The notes: generated from the letters alone by a model not told the origin. A stretch of DNA of 24,000 nt from Alkalilimnicola sp. S0819 (GCF_009295635.1 NZ_WHIW01000001.1:75335-99334); one strand, 5' to 3'; numbered from the stretch's first letter, positions 1-8,983 are shown. Numbers and translations are program-made.

Positions 1-205
1 CCATGGCACGCAGGCGACCGATCATGCCCTCGATCCGGGCCCGGGCCTGTTCGTTGCGCTCCAGCAGACTGGCGCGCTCGGTGGCCAGCTGGGACTGGGA
101 TTCCCGGAGCACCCGGTTTTCTTCGCGCAGCCGCTCGCACAGGCTCAGCAGCTGTTCCAGCCGTTGCTCCATGCGATCAATTGCTTTCGTAATGGAATCA
201 GCCAC
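1..205 (-). CDS. ZapB-like coiled-coil cell-division protein (TIGR02449-type small protein); 3' end runs off the window
   Basis: My own minus-strand translation from GTG at 205 (GGAGA 9 nt upstream) gives MADSITKAIDRMEQRLEQLLSLCERLREENRVLRESQSQLATERASLLERNEQARARIEGMIGRLRAM with no stop. It is a heptad-rich coiled coil, divergent from ygfB-pepP-ubiH as in Pseudomonas. It is missing from the ORF track because it is open at the window edge. Confidence 0.65.
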   Translation of the reverse strand, partial: MADSITKAIDRMEQRLEQLLSLCERLREENRVLRESQSQLATERASLLERNEQARARIEGMIGRLRAM

Positions 206-353
206 TTGAAAATGTCTCCCGGGGGCGGTTTCGACTATAGACCCGGCACTCGTCCGGGTCAATCGGCGTCGGTGTTAGCATACGGTCTTGCGGCGGGGAT
301 ATCCTGCCGCATTTCGCATTAGTAGCCCGGGGCGAATCCGGGCGGGAAAGCGG

Positions 354-941
354 ATGAGCGCAGGCATGGATTACGATCAGGTACAGCAGGCCCTGCAGGG
401 CGTGGGCGCGGCGGTGGATGCCGCCGAGAGCCAAGGTTTGTTGAGTGGCATGGTGGCCGCCCCCGATAAAGTCGAGCCCGCCCCCTGGGTTGCCCAGGTG
501 CTGGCCGAGACCGAGCCCCGGGGCGAGACGGCCAAGGCTTGTCTCGCCGCGCTCGGCGCGCTCTACGAGCACACCCTGGCGGGCATGGAAGACAAGTCCC
601 TGGGCTTCCAGTTGCTGCTCCCCGACGATCAGGAAACCCTGCCGCGCCGTGCCGAGGCCCTGGGGCGCTGGTGCGAGGGGTTCCTGGTGGGGCTGGGCAT
701 CTCCGGGCTCAAGTCCGAGGCGGAGCTGCCCCGCGAGGTGCGGGAGATCCTGCAGGACTTCAGCCAGATCACCCGCGTGGAATTGGAGCCGGACGCGGAA
801 GAAGACAACGAGGAAGCCTACGCCGAGCTGGTGGAATACGTGCGCGTCGCCTCCCTGCTGGTGCTGGAGCATCTGCGCCCCAGCGGTCGCAAGGTGGTGA
901 ACCCGCCCAAGGACGGCGACGAAGAGCCCACCGTACATTGA
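354..941 (+). CDS. ygfB: UPF0149 family protein YgfB
   Basis: Track ORF 288..941, trimmed to the in-frame ATG at 354 (MSAGMDYDQVQQAL...). Acidic C-terminal half. Sits directly upstream of pepP-ubiH-ubiI, the conserved ygfB context. High GC3. Confidence 0.8.
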   Translation: MSAGMDYDQVQQALQGVGAAVDAAESQGLLSGMVAAPDKVEPAPWVAQVLAETEPRGETAKACLAALGALYEHTLAGMEDKSLGFQLLLPDDQETLPRRAEALGRWCEGFLVGLGISGLKSEAELPREVREILQDFSQITRVELEPDAEEDNEEAYAELVEYVRVASLLVLEHLRPSGRKVVNPPKDGDEEPTVH

Positions 942-973
942 TTAACCCATGAGCCGCTCCTGCGGGAGGCAGC

Positions 974-2284
974 ATGATCGAGCAGAGTGAATTCGCCCGT
1001 CGTCGTCGGGAGTTGATGAGCGTGATCGGCGAGGGTGGTATCGCCGTGGTGCCGGCCGCCCCTGAGCGTCCGCGCAACCGGGATGCGTTCTACCCCTACC
1101 GCCAGGACAGCGACTTCCATTACCTCAGCGGTTTCGACGAGCCCGAGGCCGTGCTGGTACTGATCCCCGGCCGTGCCCACGGTGAGTACATCCTGTTCAA
1201 CCGCGAGCGCGACCCGGACCGGGAGATCTGGGACGGTCCCCGCGCCGGCCAGCAGGGGGCCTGCCGGGACTACGGCGCCGACGACGCCTTCCCTATCGAC
1301 GACATCGACGAGATCCTGCCCGGGCTGCTGGAGGGTACCGACCGGGTGTTCCACACCATGGGCGTGGACCCGGAGTTCGATCATCGAGTCATCGGCTGGG
1401 TCAGCCAGGTGCGTCAGAAGGCCCGCGCCGGGGTGCGGGCGCCGGGGGAGTTCGTCTCGCTGGAGCACTGGCTGCACGAGATGCGCCTGATCAAGAGCGC
1501 GGCCGAGATCAACGTCATGCGCCGCGCCGCGCAGGTCTCCGCCGAGGCCCATCGGCAGGCCATGCGCATCTGCCGTCCGGGGCTGTACGAGTACGAGATC
1601 GAAGCCGAATTCCAGGCCGCCTTCCGCCGCCACAATGGCTGGCCCGCCTACACGCCCATCGTCGGCGGCGGGCGCAACGCCTGCATACTGCATTACATCG
1701 AGAACAAGGCCCGGCTGCGCGATGGCGATCTGCTGCTCATCGATGCGGGCGCGGAACTCGATTGCTACGCCGCCGACATCACCCGCACCTTCCCGGTCAA
1801 CGGCCGCTTCAGCGCCGAACAGCGGGCGGTCTACGAGGTGGTGCTGGCCGCCCAGCAGGCGGCCATCGACGCCACCGGCCCGGGGCGCAGCTGGAACGCC
1901 GGCCACGAGGCCGCCACCCGGGTGCTTTGCGAGGGCATCGCCGAGCTGGGCCTGCTCCAGGGAAGCGCCGAGGACATCGAGGCGCGTGGCGACTACAAGC
2001 GCTTTTTCATGCACCGCACCGGTCACTGGCTGGGCATGGACGTACACGACGTGGGCGATTACAAGATCGACGGCCAGTGGCGCGAACTGGAGCCCGGCAT
2101 GGTGCTCACGGTGGAGCCGGGGCTCTACATCGCCGGCGACCAGCCCGATGTGGACGAGCGCTGGTGGAACATTGGCGTGCGCATCGAGGACGATGTGCTG
2201 ATCACCCGCGATGGCTGCGAGGTGCTCACCGCCGATGCCCCCAAGCGGGTGGCGGATATCGAAGCGCTGATGGCGCAGGGCTGA
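974..2284 (+). CDS. pepP: Xaa-Pro aminopeptidase (aminopeptidase P)
   Basis: 436 aa. M24B metal-ligand motifs are visible (DAGAELDCYAADITRT, HRTGHWLGMDVHD, EPGLY, RIEDDV). GGGAGG lies 5 nt upstream of the ATG. Confidence 0.93.
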   Translation: MIEQSEFARRRRELMSVIGEGGIAVVPAAPERPRNRDAFYPYRQDSDFHYLSGFDEPEAVLVLIPGRAHGEYILFNRERDPDREIWDGPRAGQQGACRDYGADDAFPIDDIDEILPGLLEGTDRVFHTMGVDPEFDHRVIGWVSQVRQKARAGVRAPGEFVSLEHWLHEMRLIKSAAEINVMRRAAQVSAEAHRQAMRICRPGLYEYEIEAEFQAAFRRHNGWPAYTPIVGGGRNACILHYIENKARLRDGDLLLIDAGAELDCYAADITRTFPVNGRFSAEQRAVYEVVLAAQQAAIDATGPGRSWNAGHEAATRVLCEGIAELGLLQGSAEDIEARGDYKRFFMHRTGHWLGMDVHDVGDYKIDGQWRELEPGMVLTVEPGLYIAGDQPDVDERWWNIGVRIEDDVLITRDGCEVLTADAPKRVADIEALMAQG

Positions 2285-2291
2285 GGGCGCC

Positions 2292-3524
2292 GTGGCGAGC
2301 TTCGACTACGATGTGCTGATCGTGGGCGGCGGGCTGGTGGGCAGCGCGCTCGCCTGTGCGCTGGCCGATACCCCCGCGCGCGTGGGGGTGATCGAAGCCG
2401 TGCCCCCCGGTGAGCCGGGCCAGCCCAGCTACGACGAGCGCAGCACCGCCATCGCCGCCTCCACCCAGCGCATCCTTCAGGCGCTGAGTCTCTGGCCGGC
2501 GCTGCGCGCCGAGGCCGCCCCGATTCGCTGCATTCACGTCTCCGAGCGCGGCCGCTTCGGGGTCACCCGCATGAACGCGGAGGAAGAGGGGCTGGAGGCC
2601 CTGGGCTGGGTGGTGAGCAACCGCGCCCTGGGTGCGGTGTTGCCGGCCCGCGCCGCGGCTGCCGACAACGTGGACTATTTATGCCCGGCGAGCCTGGAGG
2701 GTCTGCGCCAGGAGGCCTCGGGCGTGAGCGTCACCATCACCGAGGCCGGGGGCGAGCGCAGCCTGCGTGGCCGCCTGCTGGTGCTCGCCGACGGGGTTCG
2801 CTCCCGGGGGCGGGGGTTGCTGGGGGTGGCGGTGCGCGAAGACGCCTACGGGCAGGCAGCGGTGATCGCCAATATCACCCCGGAGCGGGATCACGCCGGC
2901 GTGGCCTACGAGCGCTTCGGCCCCGACGGGCCGCTCGCCCTGCTGCCGCTCACCGGCGGGCGTTGCGCGCTGATCTGGACGGTTCCGTCGGCCCGGCGCG
3001 AGACCGTGTTGGCCATGGACGACGAGGCCTTCCTGGCCGAAGTGCAGCAGCGCTTCGGGTTTCGGCTCGGGCGCTTGTTGCGGGCCGGCGAGCGGGCGGC
3101 CTATCCGCTTGCCCGGGTGCGCGCCGAGCACCTGACCGTGGAGCGTGCCGTATTGCTGGGAAATGCCGCGCACAGCCTGCACCCGGTGGCGGGGCAGGGT
3201 TTCAACCTCTCGCTGCGTGATGCCGCCTGCCTGGCCGAACTGGTCCACGAGGCGTTGGGCCGGGGCGAGGACCCGGGGCGCGCGGCGCTGCTGCACCGCT
3301 ACGAGGACTTGCGACGGGCCGATTACCGAACGGTGGACGGCTTCACCCACGGACTGGTGCGCGGCTTCGGTCTGGGTCTGCCGGGGCTGGGCGCGTTGCG
3401 CGGCCTGGGGCTGGGGGGCATGGACCTGCTGCCGGGTGTGAAGCGCGATTTCGTCCGCCATGCCACGGGTCGGGCCGGAACTCTGCCGCGCCTGGCGGTG
3501 GGTTTGCCGCTGGGCAAGGGCTGA
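2292..3524 (+). CDS. ubiH: FAD-dependent 2-octaprenyl-6-methoxyphenol hydroxylase (UbiH family)
   Basis: 410 aa, GTG start. N-terminal GGGLVG dinucleotide fold and the GNAAHSLHPVAGQGFNL motif. Position immediately after pepP. Confidence 0.85.
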   Translation: MASFDYDVLIVGGGLVGSALACALADTPARVGVIEAVPPGEPGQPSYDERSTAIAASTQRILQALSLWPALRAEAAPIRCIHVSERGRFGVTRMNAEEEGLEALGWVVSNRALGAVLPARAAAADNVDYLCPASLEGLRQEASGVSVTITEAGGERSLRGRLLVLADGVRSRGRGLLGVAVREDAYGQAAVIANITPERDHAGVAYERFGPDGPLALLPLTGGRCALIWTVPSARRETVLAMDDEAFLAEVQQRFGFRLGRLLRAGERAAYPLARVRAEHLTVERAVLLGNAAHSLHPVAGQGFNLSLRDAACLAELVHEALGRGEDPGRAALLHRYEDLRRADYRTVDGFTHGLVRGFGLGLPGLGALRGLGLGGMDLLPGVKRDFVRHATGRAGTLPRLAVGLPLGKG

Positions 3525-3534
3525 GGGGCGCCTC

Positions 3535-4752
3535 ATGGAACGTTACGATTGCATCATTCACGGCGCCGGCATGGTGGGCCTGAGTCTCGCCTGCGCGCTG
3601 GCCGAAGGCGGCCTCAGCGTGGCCGTGCTGGAGGCCGCGCCGCTCCGGCGCTGGAGCCCCGAGGAAACGCCGCTGCGGGTCGCCGCCGTGAACCGCGCCT
3701 CCGAGCGGATGCTGCGTCGACTGGGTGTGTGGGAGGGCCTGGAGGCCGCCCGCGTCAGCCCCTTCCAAGGCATCAGCGCCTGGGACGGCGAGGGCGGCGG
3801 CGCGGTGCATTTCGACGCCCTGTCCCTGGGTGAGCCCCACATGGGGCACATCATCGAAAACCGCCTGACGCAGACGGTCCTGCACGACCGCTTCCTCTCG
3901 CTGCCCGGCGCGCGGCTGCTGGCTCCGGCGAGCCTCGCCGGCTTTCACCGCGAGGGCGATGAGATGCGATTGCGCCTGGAGGATGGCCGCCGGCTGTGCA
4001 CCTCGCTGCTGGTGGGGGCGGACGGGGCCGGGTCCGCGGTGCGGAAGATCGCCGGCATGCCGCTGGAGCAGCGTGAGTACGGCCAGCGCGGCCTGGTCTG
4101 CGCGATCAGCACCGAGCAGCCCCACGGCGCGGTGGCCCGTCAGCGCTTTCTGTCCGGTGGCCCGCTGGCGCTGCTGCCGCTGGCCGATGGACGCTGCTCC
4201 ATCGTCTGGTCCCTGCCCGAGGCCCGGGCCAAGGCGCTGCTGGCGGCGGACAAGAGTGACTTCCTGACCGAGCTGAACCGGGCCGCCCAGGGGCTGTTGG
4301 GGCAGGTGCTCGATTGCGGTGAGCGAGCGGCCTTCCCGCTACGCCGCCAGCACGCCCGGCAGTACGTGCAGCCGGGGCTCGCCCTGGTGGGTGATGCCGC
4401 TCACGTGATCCACCCGCTCGCCGGTCAGGGGGCGAACCTCGGCTGGCTGGATGCCGCCGCCCTGGCCCAGCTGGTGTTGGCGGCCGCCGCCGCCGGCAAG
4501 CCGCTGGGTGGGCACAGGCTGTTGCGCCGTTACGAGCGCTGGCGCAAGGGCGACAATCTGATGATGCAGAGCGCGATGGACGGCTTTCATTGGCTGTTCA
4601 CCCAAAGCCCCGGCTGGCTGGCCGGCTTGCGTAGTCTGGGCATGGACCTGACGGACCGCCTGCCTCCCGCCAAGCGGCTGATCATGAGCCGGGCCATGGG
4701 GGAGGGCGGGGAACTGCCCCGGCTCTGCCAAAGCCATCCCATCGCCCGGTAG
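3535..4752 (+). CDS. ubiI: FAD-dependent ubiquinone-biosynthesis hydroxylase (UbiI/VisC family)
   Basis: Track ORF 3460..4752, trimmed to the ATG at 3535 (MERYDCIIHGAGMVGLS...). This puts the GxGxxG fold at the N-terminus and removes the overlap with ubiH. GDAAHVIHPLAGQGANLG motif present. Confidence 0.8.
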   Translation: MERYDCIIHGAGMVGLSLACALAEGGLSVAVLEAAPLRRWSPEETPLRVAAVNRASERMLRRLGVWEGLEAARVSPFQGISAWDGEGGGAVHFDALSLGEPHMGHIIENRLTQTVLHDRFLSLPGARLLAPASLAGFHREGDEMRLRLEDGRRLCTSLLVGADGAGSAVRKIAGMPLEQREYGQRGLVCAISTEQPHGAVARQRFLSGGPLALLPLADGRCSIVWSLPEARAKALLAADKSDFLTELNRAAQGLLGQVLDCGERAAFPLRRQHARQYVQPGLALVGDAAHVIHPLAGQGANLGWLDAAALAQLVLAAAAAGKPLGGHRLLRRYERWRKGDNLMMQSAMDGFHWLFTQSPGWLAGLRSLGMDLTDRLPPAKRLIMSRAMGEGGELPRLCQSHPIAR

Positions 4753-4767
4753 GAGGCGCCGGTTCTC

Positions 4768-4797
4768 TTGGTCTACCCTCCCCCGCAACGGTATAGT
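4768..4797 (+). promoter_or_regulatory. Possible sigma70 promoter for gcvH (TTGGTC, 18-nt spacer, TATAGT)
   Basis: Hexamers read directly from the sequence, about 110 nt upstream of the gcvH ATG. No experimental support. Confidence 0.25.
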
Positions 4798-4904
4798 GCC
4801 GGCCATTCATCAGCCGCCTGCCCGCTCGTCTGCTCAAGCCGCCCTTCGTCCGCAAGGGCCAGGCCCTGATAGAACTTTCCTCGTAAACCAAGAAGGACGT
4901 ACCC

Positions 4905-5303
4905 ATGAGCGAAGTCCCCGGCGATCTGCGTTACGCGCCCACTCACGAGTGGTTGCGCCTGGAAGACGACGGCACCGTGCTGGTCGGTATCACCGACCAT
5001 GCCCAGCAGGCGCTGGGGGATCTGGTGTTCGTGGAAACCCCTGAAGTGGGCAAGGAAGTCGAGGCCGGCGAAGCCTGCGCCGTGGTGGAATCGGTCAAGG
5101 CCGCCTCGGACATCTACGCCCCCGTGGCCGGCGAAATCATCGACACCAACGGCGGGCTCATCGAGGCCCCCGAACGGGTCAACGACGCCCCTTACGGGGA
5201 TGGCTGGATCATGCGCATTCAGCCCAGCGACGCTGACCAGATCGAGGAACTGCTGGACGCGGACGGCTACGAGGCCGCAATCGCCGACGACGACGAGGAG
5301 TAA
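4905..5303 (+). CDS. gcvH: Glycine cleavage system H protein (lipoyl carrier)
   Basis: 132 aa. Canonical lipoyl-lysine motif [17 protein letters not shown] and the THEW motif near the N-terminus. GAAGGA SD. Confidence 0.93.
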   Translation: MSEVPGDLRYAPTHEWLRLEDDGTVLVGITDHAQQALGDLVFVETPEVGKEVEAGEACAVVESVKAASDIYAPVAGEIIDTNGGLIEAPERVNDAPYGDGWIMRIQPSDADQIEELLDADGYEAAIADDDEE

Positions 5304-5540
5304 ACGCGCCGGGCCAGTCCGGAGATCATTTCACGCCAGAGCGCGAGGCGAAAGAACCGGGGGCGAGGGCCATGGATTTCGCCAGGCGCTTGCTGGATTA
5401 AGGCTTCCACGCCCCCACCACGTATTTTTCCCGGCTGGATGATGTAAAGGCGGCGCGGGAGCTGGACTGGGTCTGGCGCCCCGCCGAGCGGGTCCGGGGC
5501 GACCGGCCTCGACCCCGACAATAACGACGAGGATGATGCG

Positions 5541-6473
5541 ATGACGGCACTGATCAGCGGTTCCATGGCCTTTGACACCATCATGGTCTTTCGCGACCGC
5601 TTCAGTAATCACATCCTGCCCGAGCAGGTACAGATCCTGAACGTCTCCTTCATGGTCCCGGAGCTACGCAAGGAATTCGGCGGCTGCGCGGGCAACATCG
5701 CCTACAACCTCAAGCTGCTGGGCGAGATCGGCATTCCGCTGGCCACCGTGGGCGCGGACTTCGAGCCCTACGCCCAGTGGTTGGACCGCAAGGGCATTCC
5801 CACCGACCATATCAAGGTGGTCGACGACAGCTACACCGCCCAGGCCTTCATCACCACCGACGAAGCCGACAACCAGATTACCGCCTTCCACCCAGGCGCC
5901 ATGTCCGAAGCGCACCAGGTGCGGGTGCCCACCGACGCCGGAGGGCGTGTGGGCATCGTCGCCCCCAACGGCCGCGACGGCATGGTCCAGCACGCCGAGC
6001 AGTTCGCGGCTGCCGGCATCCCCTTCATCTTCGATCCCGGCCAGGGGCTGCCCATGTTCGAGGGTGAAGAGCTGCTGCGCTTCGTGGAGCAGGCCCGCTG
6101 GGTAGCGGTGAACGACTACGAGTCACGCCTGCTGCAGGACCGTACCGGGCTCGCTCTGGAGGCGCTGGCCGAGCGGGTGGAGGCGCTGGTGGTGACCCTG
6201 GGCGGGGAGGGCTCGCGCATCCACACCGGTGGCCGGGTGCTGGAGATTCCGGCGGTCAAGCCTGCGGCCCTGGTGGATCCTACCGGCTGCGGCGACGCCT
6301 ACCGCGCGGGCCTGCTTTACGGCCTGTTGAACGGCCTGGACTGGGAAATCACGGGCAGAGTGGCCTCGCTGATGGGCTCGATCAAGATCGAGCAGGCGGG
6401 CACCCAGAACCACGGCTTCACGCGGGATGGGTTCCGGATGCGCTTCCAGCAGGAGTTCGGGACGGAGATGTGA
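5541..6473 (+). CDS. PfkB-family carbohydrate/nucleoside kinase
   Basis: 310 aa. N-terminal GG dipeptide region (EFGGCAGNIAYNL) and C-terminal DPTGCGDAYRAG ATP/anion-hole motif, both typical of ribokinase-like kinases. Confidence 0.85.
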   Translation: MTALISGSMAFDTIMVFRDRFSNHILPEQVQILNVSFMVPELRKEFGGCAGNIAYNLKLLGEIGIPLATVGADFEPYAQWLDRKGIPTDHIKVVDDSYTAQAFITTDEADNQITAFHPGAMSEAHQVRVPTDAGGRVGIVAPNGRDGMVQHAEQFAAAGIPFIFDPGQGLPMFEGEELLRFVEQARWVAVNDYESRLLQDRTGLALEALAERVEALVVTLGGEGSRIHTGGRVLEIPAVKPAALVDPTGCGDAYRAGLLYGLLNGLDWEITGRVASLMGSIKIEQAGTQNHGFTRDGFRMRFQQEFGTEM

Positions 6474-6480
6474 TGTGGGC

Positions 6481-6511
6481 GGGGGTTGGCGGCATATGGC
6501 CGCGAACCCCC
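6481..6511. terminator. GC-rich hairpin between the convergent PfkB kinase and HDOD genes (possible bidirectional terminator, no clear U-tract)
   Basis: GGGGGTTgGCGGC-ATATG-GCCGCgAACCCCC: 12 bp plus one G/G mismatch. Located in the 44-nt convergent gap. Confidence 0.4.
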
Positions 6512-6517
6512 ACGCCA

Positions 6518-7384
6518 TCAATCGTTCAACGGGATCCCCGAAAACAGGGTGGAAAACACCTCGATGGACTGCACATCCGCCTCCAGGCGCAGATCCTCCA
6601 CCATCACCGGGGTCAGCGGCACGCACTGCGCCGCGGTGGGGCGCAGCTCCGGCGGATCCTCCGCCGGTCGGTCGAGCTTGTAGCCCGGCTCCACCTTCTT
6701 GGTGAGCGCATTGGCCGCGTGCACCACCGAGACCATGGGGATGTGGTGGCGTGCCCGCTGCGGTTCGTGGTGCAGCCCGGTGGTGTCCTGGTACAGATCC
6801 GCCAGGCGCCAGTTTTTCACCAGCGCGCGGCCCACGTCGGCGTGGTCGTAGCCCAGCACCTCGCGCTCCACCTGGTACATTTGCAGCGGCCCTTCGGCGA
6901 AGCGCGCCATGATCTGTTCGGCCTGCTCCGGCGCGTAGCGATAGATCACCAACTTGCCGATGTCGTGGAGCAGCCCGGCGACGAACAACTGGTCCGGCTC
7001 GCCGATCTTCAGCCGCTTGCTCAGCAGCCGCGCCATGATTCCGCAGTAGATGCTGTGGTGCCAGAAATCGGCCATGTCCACCAGGTCGGACTTGAGCTTG
7101 GCGAAGCTGCTGGCCACCTCGGTGGCGAGGATCATGTCGTTCAGCGCCCGGGTGCCGAGGATGGTGATCGCCATGGGGATGGTGTTCACCTTGGAGGGCA
7201 GGCCGTAATAGGCGCTGTTCACCACCCGCAGCAGGCGCGCGGTGAGTGCCGGCTCATGGGCGATGACCTTGCCGATGTCCGCCGCGCCGTAGCGGGGATC
7301 GTCGAGCATTTCGGTGATGCGGTGATAGGCCCGCGGAAGGCTGACCAATTGATTGGCCTTGCGCGCCAGTTGTTCGGCTGTCAT
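6518..7384 (-). CDS. HDOD domain-containing signalling protein
   Basis: Track ORF 6518..7456, trimmed to the ATG at 7384 (MTAEQLARKANQLVSLPRAYHRITEMLDDP...). The LLHDIGKLV HD-type motif is present. The TTG-initiated extension would translate the palindrome at 7407-7457. Confidence 0.85.
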   Translation of the reverse strand: MTAEQLARKANQLVSLPRAYHRITEMLDDPRYGAADIGKVIAHEPALTARLLRVVNSAYYGLPSKVNTIPMAITILGTRALNDMILATEVASSFAKLKSDLVDMADFWHHSIYCGIMARLLSKRLKIGEPDQLFVAGLLHDIGKLVIYRYAPEQAEQIMARFAEGPLQMYQVEREVLGYDHADVGRALVKNWRLADLYQDTTGLHHEPQRARHHIPMVSVVHAANALTKKVEPGYKLDRPAEDPPELRPTAAQCVPLTPVMVEDLRLEADVQSIEVFSTLFSGIPLND

Positions 7385-7406
7385 GGGCACTCTCGATCTG
7401 CGATCT

Positions 7407-7457
7407 CTTGGGAGACACTGATCAATTCCCTTAGGGAATTGATCAGTGTCTCCCAAG
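7407..7457. repeat. Perfect 24-bp / 3-nt loop / 24-bp palindrome in the HDOD-ampD divergent intergenic region
   Basis: CTTGGGAGACACTGATCAATTCCC-TTA-GGGAATTGATCAGTGTCTCCCAAG; every position was paired by hand. It starts 23 nt upstream of the HDOD start codon. Confidence 0.9.
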
Positions 7458-7574
7458 GCATGCTAGCGGATTTTTTCCGCCCCCGCACCGTACGCAGTCG
7501 TGCTTTCCCCGCCCTCCAACACGGCTGGTGTATCATCGGAGCCATAGTCGAAAACCGGAAACCAGCAAGGCGAT

Positions 7575-8141
7575 ATGCACGTCGATCCGCACACGGGCCT
7601 GATTCAGGGGGCCCGCCAGAACCCCTCACCCAACTGCGACGCGCGGCCCGAGGGCACGCTCATCGATATGTTGGTGATCCACAATATCAGCCTGCCCCCG
7701 GGGCAGTTCGGCGGGCCCTGGATCGATGCGCTGTTCACCAACACCCTGGATCCCGGCGCCCACCCCTTCTTCTCCGAGATCTTCGAGCTGCGGGTATCGA
7801 GCCATGCGCTGATACGACGTGATGGCGCACTGATCCAGTACGTGCCGCTGCACAAGCGCGCCTGGCACGCGGGCAAGTCCTGCTTCCAGGGGCGCGAGCG
7901 TTGCAACGATTTCTCCATCGGCATCGAACTGGAAGGCGCCGATGAGACCCCCTATACCGATGCCCAATACCGACGGCTCGCCAGGCTCACCGCGGCGTTG
8001 CGTACCGTCTATCCGGCGATCACGGCGGATCGCATCGTCGGGCACAGCGACATCGCCCCCGGGCGCAAGACCGACCCGGGCCCCGCCTTTGACTGGGCGC
8101 GCTATCTGGGCGCGCTGGAGGAGCACCGCTCATGCGTTTGA
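7575..8141 (+). CDS. ampD: 1,6-anhydro-N-acetylmuramyl-L-alanine amidase AmpD
   Basis: 188 aa. Amidase_2 signatures (SPNCDARP, VIHNISLPPGQFGG, AWHAGKS, GHSDIAPGRKTDPG). Confidence 0.9.
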   Translation: MHVDPHTGLIQGARQNPSPNCDARPEGTLIDMLVIHNISLPPGQFGGPWIDALFTNTLDPGAHPFFSEIFELRVSSHALIRRDGALIQYVPLHKRAWHAGKSCFQGRERCNDFSIGIELEGADETPYTDAQYRRLARLTAALRTVYPAITADRIVGHSDIAPGRKTDPGPAFDWARYLGALEEHRSCV

Positions 8142-8983
8142 TTGCTGTTCTGCTGGCCTGGTGGGCCGGCCGCTACTACAACTTGCTGGGCCCGTGGCGG
8201 GATACGGACTGGTTCCACCGCTACGGCGATGCACTGCGCCGACGCCTTTCAGCGGCGGTGTGGGACGGCTGGCTGGGGCTGGCGGCCCTGCTGGCGCCGC
8301 TGCTGCTGCTCACCGCCTTTCTACAGCATGTGCTGCCCGGCCCCCTGTTGCTGCTGGCGGGAGTGGCCGTGCTGCTCTATGCCCAGGGGCAGGTGCGCCT
8401 GGACGAGGTGAGCCGGCGTTATCTGCGCGCCGAGCAGCACGAACAGCCCGAAGGTCAGCGCGCGGCGCTGGCGGAACTGGGGAGCACGCCCCCGGCTGGC
8501 GGCGAACCCCGTGCCCTGTGCCGGGATTTTGTCGCCGCCATGTTCTGGCATGCCTATCGCTATGCCTACGCGCCGGTGTTCTGGTATCTGCTGCTGGGGC
8601 CCTTTGGTGTGGTGCTGCAGTACGGGCTGGTGCTGACCCAGCGCTATGCCGAGCGTTACGAAGGGCATCAGCAGGGGCTGCGCCGCGCGGCCGGCGTGGC
8701 ACTGTATTGGGTGGACTGGCTGCCGGTGCGGCTGTGTGCGCTGGCGCTGGCCTTGGCGGGCGATTTCGGCCGGGCGCTGCAGGGCTGGCGCCAGGGCGGC
8801 GCGCCCGGTGCGGTGGAGCACGCGGCGCGGCTGGGTGAAGTAGGATTGGGCGCGTTGGGCGGGCTCTCCCCCGAGACACCGGTGGCGCAGAGTCTGTACG
8901 ACGCGCGCGCCTTGATCACCCGCGGCGTGACGGTGTGGCTGGGGGTGGTGGCCCTGTTGGTCATCACCGGGTGGTGGGCTTGA
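8132..8983 (+). CDS. ampE: AmpE-like inner-membrane protein
   Basis: 283 aa and multi-TM. Its start overlaps the ampD stop by 10 nt, the classic ampDE operon layout. N-terminus MRLIAVLLAWW... is AmpE-like. Confidence 0.75.
   Translation: MRLIAVLLAWWAGRYYNLLGPWRDTDWFHRYGDALRRRLSAAVWDGWLGLAALLAPLLLLTAFLQHVLPGPLLLLAGVAVLLYAQGQVRLDEVSRRYLRAEQHEQPEGQRAALAELGSTPPAGGEPRALCRDFVAAMFWHAYRYAYAPVFWYLLLGPFGVVLQYGLVLTQRYAERYEGHQQGLRRAAGVALYWVDWLPVRLCALALALAGDFGRALQGWRQGGAPGAVEHAARLGEVGLGALGGLSPETPVAQSLYDARALITRGVTVWLGVVALLVITGWWA

Noticed and set aside
3-209. Plus-strand 68-aa ORF at the window start
   Set aside because: Arg/Ser-rich low-complexity product. It is the mirror image of the minus-strand ZapB-like coiled-coil gene, which has an SD, a sensible start and conserved genomic context.
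818-2047. 409-aa minus-strand ORF antisense to pepP, together with the other long antisense ORFs (6470..7822 +, 11638..12981 +, 12982..15186 +, 15251..16213 -, 17427..19190 +, 20049..20978 -, 18940..20031 -, 8321..9463 -)
   Set aside because: These are shadow ORFs, expected in high-GC DNA where stop codons are rare. Their products are Arg/Ala/Gly/Pro-rich with no recognisable motifs. Each fully overlaps a gene with clear family signatures on the other strand.
3460-3534. N-terminal extensions in track ORFs (3460..3534 ubiI, 288..353 ygfB, 7385..7456 HDOD, 15130..15195 CoA-transferase, 15158..15295 binding protein, 18954..19022 tal, 21797..21886 ccdB)
   Set aside because: The extensions overlap upstream genes or regulatory palindromes, lack SD sequences and displace N-terminal motifs (GxGxxG fold, signal peptide). 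Internal starts with an SD give family-typical N-termini.
4753-4904. Glycine riboswitch upstream of gcvH
   Set aside because: The conserved GGAGAG...ACCGAAGGGGCAA-type cores are absent. Only a 6-bp hairpin (GCCCTT/AAGGGC) and a weak promoter-like pair of hexamers are present.
7400-7410. 11-nt identity GCGATCTCTTG shared between 7400-7410 and 16540-16550
   Set aside because: Dozens to about a hundred 11-mer coincidences are expected by chance in a 24-kb window on two strands. Neither flank extends the match.
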